Of a stretch of 64,000 nt of DNA, positions 10,314 through 18,769 are shown piece after piece; position 1 is the first letter of the stretch; every line of letters starts with the position of its first letter. The notes below the pieces were generated by a model. The model searched no databases, had not been told where the DNA came from, and saw only the letters and a list, made by a program, of their open reading frames with translations. Both the position numbers and the translations under genes were made by a program. The DNA is taken from the IMG/VR virus record IMGVR_UViG_3300045911_000155, positions 1 through 64,000 of that record. One strand, written 5' to 3'. Source of the DNA: a virus.

Positions 10314-10667
10314 ATGGCATCAGCACTAGATCCCGTGACAAATTGGCCCGACGAAGTTCACATCGACTACACGAACTGGAAAGGCGAACGATCATGGCGG
10401 CGCATTACGCCGCGCGGCATCCGATTTGCCACGACGGACTATCACCCGGATGCGTGCTGGCTTTTGGATGCGTTCGATCTGGACAAACAGGCTGTACGGT
10501 CATTCGCGATCAAAGATATCCATGAATGGGCTGAGCCGGTGCCAGAACTGTACGTCCCGGAGCCGCCAGCAACGTTTGAACCCCGAACGTTCAAAGGCCG
10601 GATCGTTCACCGGTATGAACGTCCGACCTATCGGATTGAAGACTTCAGCGACGATGAGGAAGGCTAA
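10314..10667 (+). CDS. stand-alone WYL-domain protein
   Basis: IDYTNWKGERSWRRITP..WLLDAFDLDKQAVRSF..I. Confidence 0.8.
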   Translation: MASALDPVTNWPDEVHIDYTNWKGERSWRRITPRGIRFATTDYHPDACWLLDAFDLDKQAVRSFAIKDIHEWAEPVPELYVPEPPATFEPRTFKGRIVHRYERPTYRIEDFSDDEEG

Positions 10668-11682
10668 GCCTTCGTCACTGCGAACACTTCGATCATCCGC
10701 TGTTCAGAAGGCGAACCCATCGGCTTGCCGTCCGGCATAATGACGTTGTGGAACGTCGTGGGAAATTGAGAGAACCACTTCCCGGCACTCGACCGGTTGT
10801 CCTTCACGCTGTTCCGTACCACGAATTTCGAACCATCGGTGAAGGTAAAGGCGATTTCGCCACCGATTCCCTGTTGCATCACATGAGCGCGACCGATGAT
10901 TTTGCAGTCCAGAAGGTTGTCCTTGAGTTCCACGATCTTCGCCAGCTTCTTGGCGTTCTTGAAGAGGAACTGTTGCTGCATGAACTCCCCGGCGGTGTCA
11001 GCTTCCTTTTGGACGTACTTTTCCCATCCAGACAAGAACGCGACCGGATCGCCGTTCGGTTTCTTCTCAAACACGTACCAAGACCAGCGATTGATTTCCG
11101 GGTTGTACCGGGAGAATTCCCGCAAGCCCTTCGGATCGTCTTTGAGGGAGAAGTACTTCTGAAGGATGTCCGCGATGCGGTCGTACACCAGCTTGATGTA
11201 CTCGACTTTGATCTGTTCGGTCAGTTCGGTGAGAACAGCGATCACCTTCCGCCCGGCGTCCTTCGATGCCATCGGCGCGATGTATTGCTTCCGGGGATCA
11301 ACCACCGGCGCGGGCTGACGCTTCACGGATAATGCTTTGACCTTTTCCAAGGCCGCGTGCAATGTGACGACTTCCATGACGTACTCGACGTATTTCTTCG
11401 CATGTTCGTTGTTGGGGTCGTTCTTGAGAATCTTCTGTGTCAGCTTCAGCTTGCCCGCCGCGTGATTTGGCTGGAAGAAATCCACATCGGCATGGTAGGA
11501 CCACGACAGTATGTCCTTAGGAATCGTGCATTCGGAATGGCGTTGTCGGCTATCGCCTTGTTGATCGCGACGATGATTCGGTCTAACCGCTTCACTCCCG
11601 GAGCGGTCGAAGCAAGAATCGGAAACTGAGCAACGGTCAGCGGCGCGGCGCTCTCTGTGATGAATTCAGCGAAGGACTTCAT
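10664..11682 (-). CDS. putative internal head protein, frameshifted near 11500
   Basis: N-terminus MKSFAEFITE resembles T4 capsid-targeting sequence; two ORFs join across one indel. Confidence 0.6.
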
Positions 11683-11830
11683 GCCTTAAGTATGTAGCTT
11701 TTTCACTTATGGATGAAGACCGTTGCCCCGCCGGTGATGGATGAATGGGTGACCATCACTCCTTCCCGCTTGCGCGTAGAGACAATCATGAAGCCGTTCT
11801 GTTTGAGGACCCGGCTGACGTTCGTTGCGA

Positions 11831-12265
11831 TCATTCCATTCTCCTGATTCCGCCGGTCGCCGCTTCCCACAGCAATCGGTCTAGGTCGCTTTGTAGGGCT
11901 TCCCGTTCGGTTGGGTCGTTGGTGGTTTCCGCCCGGCGTGCAAATGACGCCGCGAAGGTGCCAAGCGGCACTGTGGGCCGTTTCTTGACGGGCGGTTGGT
12001 ATGGTTCCGTGATCGTCGCCACAGGTGCCGGTCGTTTTGCTTTTGGTGCCGGGTGGACGGGCCGTTCGCGGACAGGCTTCACTTCCCGTTCGAGTCCAAG
12101 AATCTTGCGAAGGTCGGCAAGGTTGTTGGCGTCCGCGCGGTTGTCGGAAGGTGTCTTCGCCCGGACAAACGTCTGTCCGCCGGGGAACTTCCAAACCTCA
12201 TGCTTCTTGTTTCGCTTGAGGACACCTTTGTGTTCCCGTATGAGGGCATTGACCTGTTCTCTCAT
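11831..12265 (-). CDS. HicA-like (dsRBD-fold) protein
   Basis: KKHEVWKFPGG..KTPSDNRA..N..DLRK pattern. Confidence 0.5.
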   Translation of the reverse strand: MREQVNALIREHKGVLKRNKKHEVWKFPGGQTFVRAKTPSDNRADANNLADLRKILGLEREVKPVRERPVHPAPKAKRPAPVATITEPYQPPVKKRPTVPLGTFAASFARRAETTNDPTEREALQSDLDRLLWEAATGGIRRME

Positions 12266-12523
12266 TGGATCACCATCGGGGCGACGTTGCCGCCAGTCAA
12301 CTGGCACATCAGCAATTCCGTGCCGCCTTGCGCGGCTTTGTCAGCGGCGAACTGTTTGATGTGGGCGGCTTCATCGGCGAAACATCGTTCCGGCCATCCC
12401 ATGCCGTTCCTGTAGAACAACACGAAGTTTCGATTCGTGCCTTCCATCGGATAGTAGCTGAGATACCAAGGCAAAAGGTGGGTGGGCATTGTCTTTCCAA
12501 TACCAATCATCCCACAAATTGAT

Positions 12524-13087
12524 CTATATGTCAACTCCGTTTTGAACAAAGGTCTTTTCCAACAGTTTGGCGTGGATCGGGTAGAACTCTCCCAAGAGTT
12601 CGAGATAGGTCCGCTTCCAGATCGGGCCGTGGCCGTTGTCCTCTTCGTTCAGGTCCCACCCATGCTTGAAGTAGACCAACTGGTGCGCGACTTCGTGGAC
12701 TGCCCAAATCGTGTGAAGAGGTTTCAGACCGGCGACGATGACATTCGGTTCGCACCACACTGCCGACCACTTCGGTTTCCATTCCGGCCTTGCCTGTTCG
12801 ATCCACGCCGGAATTTCGTTCATGGACAGGATCACTTTTTTGTAAGGGCGGTCTTGTTCGTCTGGCAGATACTTGACCCGGCCCCGGCACGTGGTCGGAC
12901 CATCTTCGGCACGGTGCCGAACTTTCTCCCACACATGATCGACGATGCCCGCCCAATCTTCGAACGTTTGGATTCCGGGCAAAGCGACGCGGATTTCCGT
13001 TTCGCACTGATAGATCAGGTTTTGGCTGTCGGTGTAGTTTTGTTGACCAGCGGGGTCGAAGTAGAATGAGGAAGGACGGATTGGCAT
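12524..13087 (-). CDS. SprT-like zinc metallopeptidase
   Basis: VHEVAHQL (HExxH) and GHGPIWK. Confidence 0.7.
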   Translation of the reverse strand: MPIRPSSFYFDPAGQQNYTDSQNLIYQCETEIRVALPGIQTFEDWAGIVDHVWEKVRHRAEDGPTTCRGRVKYLPDEQDRPYKKVILSMNEIPAWIEQARPEWKPKWSAVWCEPNVIVAGLKPLHTIWAVHEVAHQLVYFKHGWDLNEEDNGHGPIWKRTYLELLGEFYPIHAKLLEKTFVQNGVDI

Positions 13088-13136
13088 AGATGGGGAAGTC
13101 TTTCGTCTTCCCCATCATACCGTGGCTTAGCTGGCC

Positions 13137-13412
13137 TTAGCGGACCATATCGGAGTCACACACGATCACGTGCCCGGCAACGAAATCGCCGGTGAAGATG
13201 AAGGGCCGCGCCATCCCCGTCGCGGTGTCGTTCCGTTCGGCGCGGAACTTCCCTTCCTCATCCATAATCATGATGGTGCCTTCGGCCAGCGAAATGATCT
13301 GGATCATGTCGCATTCCAGCAGTCGGTAGAGTTCCTGAAGGCCGAAGTCGGTGCCGTTTTCGGGAATGATGTCTTTCGGCTCTTCGTTGACGCGGATCAG
13401 TTGTGCTTTCAT
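13137..13412 (-). CDS. DUF3846-like phage protein
   Basis: LQELY..IQII..MDEEGK..N..AT..VAG.VIV. Confidence 0.7.
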   Translation of the reverse strand: MKAQLIRVNEEPKDIIPENGTDFGLQELYRLLECDMIQIISLAEGTIMIMDEEGKFRAERNDTATGMARPFIFTGDFVAGHVIVCDSDMVR

Positions 13413-13649
13413 GAGCACCAGTCTATCGCGTTCTGACTTGTATGTCAAATCTCTTTTTCAGCGATCAGGGTGTCCACGCGCGTGTACGTGCGCACGATCA
13501 CCGTGCCCGGCTTCCGCTTGACTTGGCAGTCTTCCGGGCATTCGAAGCTACACATGCCGGTGTCGCCGATGACCGAATTGCAAGCCTTGCAGATTCGCAC
13601 ATTGACTTGGCGGGTGGTTGATGTTCCGATTTCCATTCTCGTTTCTTGT

Positions 13650-14486
13650 TTAGGCGACACCAATCAGCATTTCGATGAAGTACCGCTGACGCATGTGATG
13701 CGGGTCCGGCACGGTGCTGGCCTTGATGCCAAAGTTGCCGGTTTCAACATACTCCGCAATTTCCCCTTCGTTTGGGGCGACCCGGCGCATGCCAACGATC
13801 ACCGGCGCTTCCGCTTTGGCGATCATTTGATTGATGCGCTCTGCCATCTGTTCGATGGCCGGGTCCATATGCACCGGCAACAACTCTGGCACATGGAGCA
13901 TGTGAACGACGTTCGGAATCGTGAAGTCCGCCAGTAGAGGGATCAATTTGATATCGGCGGTCTTTTTGTGGTGTGTGATCTGGATGCGGGTCAGCGGATC
14001 TACCAGTTCCGGTTCGAAACGGAAGTTGATCTTCGGGTCAATGACAAGGCGGTCTATCAGACCCTTCATGAAATCGTGAGCAATCAATTTCAACGTTGCC
14101 CGGATTACGTTGTTGCTGATGACTACTTTTTGTTCGACCGGCACTTCTTTCAATCGGCGCGCAACGTGTTCCATGAACCATGCCAAGACATTGTAGCCAT
14201 CCGTGTCCGGCACATAGCCAGCCGCGACGCACGCCGATGTGAAGTCATACCCTTCCCACAAGCTGAACCCGAACCTGTCGCTCATCTCAAGAGAGTTCAT
14301 GAGGATATCATCTTCGGTGGCGTCGTCGGGCAGAGCGAACACCAGCATCGGGTCGTTCATCTTCACGACGCCATAGTGACCGACCGGCCATTCGTCCGGG
14401 ACATCTTTCGTGGCCCGGTGTAAGGCGTATCCGGGTACGATGTCCCGAATAATTTCCTGCGATTCAGCGACACATTGTAGGCACAT
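13650..14486 (-). CDS. hypothetical protein
   Basis: long ORF in minus-strand operon. Confidence 0.65.
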   Translation of the reverse strand: MCLQCVAESQEIIRDIVPGYALHRATKDVPDEWPVGHYGVVKMNDPMLVFALPDDATEDDILMNSLEMSDRFGFSLWEGYDFTSACVAAGYVPDTDGYNVLAWFMEHVARRLKEVPVEQKVVISNNVIRATLKLIAHDFMKGLIDRLVIDPKINFRFEPELVDPLTRIQITHHKKTADIKLIPLLADFTIPNVVHMLHVPELLPVHMDPAIEQMAERINQMIAKAEAPVIVGMRRVAPNEGEIAEYVETGNFGIKASTVPDPHHMRQRYFIEMLIGVA

Positions 14487-15047
14487 GGGATTAGTCCAGC
14501 GGCCAGCCGTGGCGAAGCATCGCCCGGCACTGATCGCATTTGCTTTCGCGCGTGGTGTAGTTTTCCGGGTACGTCATCGTGAACCCACAGGACTCACAAT
14601 AGAAGTACATGGGATAGCCCGCCGGAAGATCCGCGTTGTTGATGCGTCTGGTATTTTTGCTGGCTTCCCGGCGGGCCTTCAGCGCGGCGATTGCCGCTTC
14701 CTTTCCTTGTTCCGTCGCCAGTGGAGTCGCGGGGCTAGGCATGGCGGTTCCTGTATTCAGCGACCGTGATATCCACGACGGTCATGCCTTTGATCTGTTC
14801 TTTCAGGTGGGTTTCCGGCGACCACCAGCATTCACATCCCACACGATGTCGCCGTTGTCCAGCTTGATTTTGGGGTTGGGTGTGGTCACGGGACCAAACG
14901 GGCCGATGATTTCCGGCGGCGGAATCTCTTCGCCTTCATATGTGCCGAAGCCGAATAGCTTGACGGTATTGTTGTCTGCCGATGCGACAGCACCGACGCG
15001 ATCACCTTTTTGTGGAGCGGGCATATCAGAAGTCTATCACGACTTCT

Positions 15048-15889
15048 TTATGCAAGTTCGATGGTATCGTCATCGTTGCGGCTGAGAAGATCCGCCGGGA
15101 CAATTCCAAGTGTCAACACTGATCCGGCGGGCCGTTCGTGGCCGTAGACGACAATCGGTTCCGTGATCTTGACATGCATTTCCAGACCGGCGAAGAATCC
15201 GTGGTCGTCCAATTGGCGTCCGCCGTCGATCACACCCTTGTACGGTACACCGTGATATGTGCCAGTGACATCCAGTCCCCGGCGCAACTTCCGACCAAGC
15301 TCCGCGATCCGCTTGTTGTCGGCAAGGTAGTCGTCAAGAGCCTTCTGTGCTTTCGCGGCATTGGCTTTCGGCACAAGGTACTTGACCCCGACACTCACGA
15401 TGCGGAACTTCTTCAATTGGGCGCGGAAGTAGTTGGTGAAGTACTTGTGATTTGGTTCACCGCTGACCGGCGTCTTCAGTTCGACGTGATCGGCAAACGC
15501 GCCCATCTTTTCCAGTTCTTTCCGCTCATTGTCACTTCCGCCGTGCATTTGCAATACCAGATCGGCATCGGCCAAGGCATCGGCGGATTCTTCCGGTGCA
15601 TACCATCTCTTCTTGCCGAAGTCCCATACACCACCCGCCTTTTTGATGGCGTCCTTCTTGCCATAGGTGTCGCTACCGGTGACCGGGTAGAGCGGCGTCA
15701 GTCCCATCTTCTTCACAAGCGGAGCCTTTGTCAACGGGGCGAACCATGCTTTCGACATTCCATCGAACTTGGCACCCATCCGCTTGAGTTCGTCTTTCTT
15801 TTCGAATGAGTTGCCGCCAACTTTTACGTCGTAGAAGGAAGCGGCGCGGGTTGGATGGACTCCCGGAGGAACTGGAGGAAATTTGCCAT
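15048..15889 (-). CDS. putative internal head protein with repeated KD.xK..G..WD..K.WYAP modules, frameshifted near 15840
   Basis: MANFLQFLRE N-terminus after TAAATA; DUF5710-like repeats in ORF 15048-15779. Confidence 0.55.
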
Positions 15890-15909
15890 GACGCTTCGTA
15901 TTTAGGGTT

Positions 15910-16001
15910 TGGTAGTGGGACCGGGATTCGAACCCGGATCGTGCGCTAATCAGGCGCTTCCCGCTTATAAGGCGGTCGTTTTGCCGTTAAACTATCCCAC
16001 C
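15910..16001 (-). tRNA. tRNA-Ile(UAU) with long variable arm
   Basis: acceptor GGTGGGA/TCCCACT, loop CT-TAT-AA, V-arm GCGC-CTGATTA-GCGC, TTCGAAT, A-CCA. Confidence 0.85.
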
Positions 16002-16017
16002 GTGATATAATCGCGGA

Positions 16018-16491
16018 ATGGAACAGATTGGCCCCACAGGAAACTACGATCTTGGCGCGAAACTCAATGAGAATGATCGCGGCGGCTTGAATGTCGCAGT
16101 CACTATCGTCGAAGGACACATCCTCATGGTTTTCGGCACCCAACTCGATTGGCTGGCGGGTGGACCGGAACACATGCTGGCGGTCGGGATGCGGCTTGGT
16201 CAGTTGGCGTTGAAGTTGAGCAATGGTGCGATCAACTTCGACCAATTGAACCTTGCGGCGTTCGATAGTGTTGATGGGGACAATCAGTTGCCCGGCGGGA
16301 TTGAAGTGACACTCAATCGGGAGAAGGGTTTGATCGAAACCAAACTCCCGGCCAACGTCGAAGCGTTGGCGTTCACGGCGCAAGGGGCGTTCGCCTATGG
16401 ATTGCGGCTGATGATGTGTGTGAAGGTCTTGCGTCCTGATTTGGTTCCGTTCTTGCCGGATCTGCCCGAATCAGAATTGAAGAAGTGGTAG
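16018..16491 (+). CDS. hypothetical protein (leaderless)
   Basis: TATAAT 6 nt upstream of ATG; antisense to the tRNA operon. Confidence 0.65.
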   Translation: MEQIGPTGNYDLGAKLNENDRGGLNVAVTIVEGHILMVFGTQLDWLAGGPEHMLAVGMRLGQLALKLSNGAINFDQLNLAAFDSVDGDNQLPGGIEVTLNREKGLIETKLPANVEALAFTAQGAFAYGLRLMMCVKVLRPDLVPFLPDLPESELKKW

Positions 16492-16563
16492 GCGCGGGGA
16501 GACTCGAACTCCCAAACACCGAATTTTAAGGACGGTAGGTCTGCCTGTTCCCGTCACGCGCCC
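16486..16563 (-). tRNA. tRNA-Leu(UAA), short variable loop
   Basis: GGGCGCG/CGCGCCT, loop CT-TAA-AA, TTCGAGT, A-CCA; anticodon stem only 3 bp. Confidence 0.75.
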
Positions 16564-16850
16564 ACAGTTGGCAGTCCACGCATTTCCCGGCGCTCTTTCT
16601 CCGTGAAGGGGAGAGTCAGTTCCGCGTCTGCATCGATGCCGTGCAACACTTTCAGATCCTTCGCCAATTCCATCGTCCACGTTCCCTTTAGCTGACGCGC
16701 ACGCGGCTTGACCAGCACTTTCGTGACGGTCATCGGAAAATTGAGTGCTTCGCCGCCGGGGAGCGGTCGTATCAGCGGCTTGGCTTTCACCGTTGTGCCC
16801 GCGATGGCACCGGCGATCATTCCGAATAGTCCGCGACGTGTGAATTTCAT
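16554..16850 (-). CDS. Tat-like signal fused to a major-capsid-protein fragment
   Basis: MKFTRRGLF N-terminus; 20/35 ungapped identity to gp23 residues 194-228 of this window. Confidence 0.8.
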   Translation of the reverse strand: MKFTRRGLFGMIAGAIAGTTVKAKPLIRPLPGGEALNFPMTVTKVLVKPRARQLKGTWTMELAKDLKVLHGIDADAELTLPFTEKERREMRGLPTVGA

Positions 16851-16879
16851 TTGAATGCCTTTGGCTGAATGAGAGAAAT

Positions 16880-17233
16880 CTATTTGGTTTCGACCGGCAC
16901 ATCGGCCAGCAAGTCCAAGTACTTTTGCGGCACCATCGCCGGGTTGAGTACGATGGTCCGGTTCGCAAACATCAACGTGCCTTTGCGCGCCGTCAGCGTG
17001 ATCGGATGCTTCTTCGCCCATTCCGGGTCGTCATCATAGAAGCCGTCCCAATCGTCGTCCACGCCTTGCACCGTGATCCGGGCTTCGTCTTTGCGATAGG
17101 CGTTTTGTTTGATGCCGACGCGAACTACCTTGCCGATCCGAAGAGCGGCGCACCGGCCTAATGCGTGACCGTAGACGATGATCGCGCCCGGCTCAATCGG
17201 CTGTCCCATCTTGTCTTTGAGTGGTAGTTCCAT
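16880..17233 (-). CDS. hypothetical protein
   Basis: D..GQPIEPG..IVY motif; TAGAAT -10 upstream. Confidence 0.65.
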   Translation of the reverse strand: MELPLKDKMGQPIEPGAIIVYGHALGRCAALRIGKVVRVGIKQNAYRKDEARITVQGVDDDWDGFYDDDPEWAKKHPITLTARKGTLMFANRTIVLNPAMVPQKYLDLLADVPVETK

Positions 17234-17253
17234 TGATCCATTCTACGACGAAC

Positions 17254-17443
17254 TGGTGGGATAGCCGGGACTTGAACCCGGACAATGTTTTAGCATTGCG
17301 ACTTCAGGATACATTGGATCGGTTTGGCCGATCCCTACCCGCTTCCCTAGCGACCCTTACTCAGAGCCGGTTGGTGCATCTGGAACCCTACATCGCGCCC
17401 ACGCTCCGTTTTTCGTGCGCTCTGTCCGTTGAGCTACTATCCC
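17254..17443 (-). ncRNA. 190-nt tRNA-like RNA with large structured insertion
   Basis: acceptor GGGATAG/CTATCCC, D arm GCTC/GAGC, T arm CCGGG-TTCAAGT-CCCGG, A-CCA; about 135 nt lie between D and T arms. Confidence 0.8.
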
Positions 17444-17451
17444 AAATTCTT

Positions 17452-17540
17452 TGGTGGCGGAAAGGGGACTCGAACCCCTACGGTATTGCTACCACATGAC
17501 TCTCATTCATGCGCGGCTACCAAGATTACGCCATTCCGCC
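17452..17540 (-). tRNA. tRNA-Leu(GAG)
   Basis: cloverleaf, CATGA-ATGAGAG-TCATG, long V arm, CCA. Confidence 0.93.
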
Positions 17541-17547
17541 AAAGTGT

Positions 17548-17634
17548 TGGTCGCGGGAGTGGGACTCGAACCCACACGACATTTCTGCCACATGCTTCTG
17601 AGACATGCGTGGCTACCAATTACACCATCCCGCG
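17548..17634 (-). tRNA. tRNA-Leu(CAG)
   Basis: cloverleaf, loop CT-CAG-AA, CCA. Confidence 0.93.
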
Positions 17635-17637
17635 AAA

Positions 17638-17727
17638 AAAGACCAGAACTTTCATCATCCACCGTCAAGCGGTTTGCCCGCCGCAATTGTTTTGGGCCTT
17701 GGAATTAAACCAAGCGCTCTGATCTTT
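17638..17727 (-). ncRNA. structured spacer RNA, possible permuted tRNA-like (YrlA-type) fold
   Basis: 12-bp closing stem AAAGATCAGAGC/GTTCTGGTCTTT; internal T-arm-like CTTGG-TTTAATT-CCAAG. Confidence 0.45.
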
Positions 17728-17812
17728 TGGTGGCCGAAGAGAGACTTGAACTCTCACGCCCGAAGGCACCGGGTTTTGAATCCGGGGCGTCTGCCAATTC
17801 CGCCATTCGGCC
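17728..17812 (-). tRNA. tRNA-Leu(CAA)
   Basis: cloverleaf, loop TT-CAA-AA, CCA. Confidence 0.93.
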
Positions 17813-17912
17813 ATTTGTGGAAGCCTTTCACTTCACTTGACCATTCTGGATCGCCAGTATGATTACCCCGCCGATGAACGTTTCACTAGTACCGTGCATC
17901 GGAACATCGATT

Positions 17913-18000
17913 TGGTAGCGGGAGTGGGACTCGAACCCACACGACATTTCTGCCACTAATTTTTGAGACTAGCGCGGCTACCGGATTACGCCATCCCGCC
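17913..18000 (-). tRNA. tRNA-Leu(CAA), second copy
   Basis: cloverleaf, loop CT-CAA-AA; V/T arms identical to tRNA-Leu(CAG). Confidence 0.93.
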
Positions 18001-18004
18001 ATGT

Positions 18005-18220
18005 TCAACGATTTATCACACCCCATGAAGCTCCGCAAGGTGAAGTGGGGAAGCCGCACCCTTCGAGTTGATCCCGGACCCATTCAGCTTTCTGTTCGTT
18101 CGTCATTTTGCTGAAGTGATCTGAGTATTCTTTGCTGGTGACCAGCATCGTGATCTGAAAACAGATATCAACCAACTTCTGTTCCCGTCCTTCAGGTGTC
18201 AGTTCCGTTCGTGCGGCCAT
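18005..18220 (-). CDS. small hypothetical protein inside tRNA operon
   Basis: 71-aa ORF filling the spacer, AGGG SD. Confidence 0.55.
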   Translation of the reverse strand: MAARTELTPEGREQKLVDICFQITMLVTSKEYSDHFSKMTNEQKAEWVRDQLEGCGFPTSPCGASWGVINR

Positions 18221-18234
18221 GACCCTATTGTAGT

Positions 18235-18318
18235 TGGTGGGCGCGAAGGGATTCGAACCCTTACGCCGAAAGGCACTAGTTCCTAAGACTAGCGTGTCTG
18301 CCGTTCCACCACGCGCCC
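18235..18318 (-). tRNA. tRNA-Leu(UAG)
   Basis: cloverleaf, loop CT-TAG-GA, CCA. Confidence 0.94.
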
Positions 18319-18319
18319 G

Positions 18320-18397
18320 TGGTCGGATCTGATGGACGCTACCCATCTCCCATGTGTCCCCGATTTGGACACCGCGACCGCTTGTCGCTAAGACCCG
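18320..18397 (-). ncRNA. degenerate tRNA-Pro-like cloverleaf
   Basis: acceptor CGGGTCT/AGATCCG + A-CCA, 5-bp D stem, non-canonical T loop GTAGCGT. Confidence 0.7.
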
Positions 18398-18401
18398 TTA
18401 A

Positions 18402-18479
18402 AACCGTAAGCAAATTGAGTAGGCCACGGAATGTTTTTCAACCATAGAAAGATAACCATGACCAGTTCGGCTTACAGTT
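18402..18479 (-). ncRNA. Y-RNA-like hairpin
   Basis: 10-bp end stem AACTGTAAGC/GCTTACGGTT, then CGAA, second stem GGTCATGG/CCGTGGCC. Confidence 0.55.
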
Positions 18480-18557
18480 TGGTCTAGGTGGCGGGAATCG
18501 AACCCGCTTGAATGTCCTGTTCCCGAAACAGGCGGCTGACCTTTAGCCCACACCTAG
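18480..18557 (-). tRNA. tRNA-Pro(CGG)
   Basis: cloverleaf, loop TT-CGG-GA, C1-G72, A-CCA. Confidence 0.9.
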
Positions 18558-18580
18558 ATGAATCGTATCACAGCAAATAG

Positions 18581-18669
18581 TGGCAACGGATAGCGGGATT
18601 TGAACCCGCAGTGGCTTTTTAGGCCGACTGTTTTTGGACAGTTGTGTTTACCATTTCACGATAACCGTT
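18581..18669 (-). tRNA. atypical 8/5 tRNA-like RNA, G73, long V arm, 6-nt anticodon loop
   Basis: AACGGTTA/TATCCGTT acceptor, ACTGT-CCAAAA-ACAGT, GGC-CTAAAAA-GCC, TTCAAAT, G-CCA. Confidence 0.7.
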
Positions 18670-18692
18670 ATCCGTCCGGCTGTGACACGATT

Positions 18693-18769
18693 TGGTCGGG
18701 AAGGCGGGAATCGAACCCGCTCGATGTCCTGTCCCCCAGACAGGCGGCTCACCTTTAGCCCACTTCCCG
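18693..18769 (-). tRNA. tRNA-Pro(GGG)
   Basis: cloverleaf, loop CT-GGG-GG, CCA. Confidence 0.92.

Noticed and set aside
17254-17443. tmRNA or group I intron-containing tRNA
   Set aside because: Has a D stem, lacks G3-U70 and a tag ORF; the insert is too short and shows no group I core.
17813-17912. Hammerhead ribozyme in tRNA spacer
   Set aside because: Hairpins are present, but the core reads CCGATGC rather than CUGANGA and the stems do not fit.
18581-18669. tRNA-Sec (selC)
   Set aside because: No UCA anticodon and no extended D stem.
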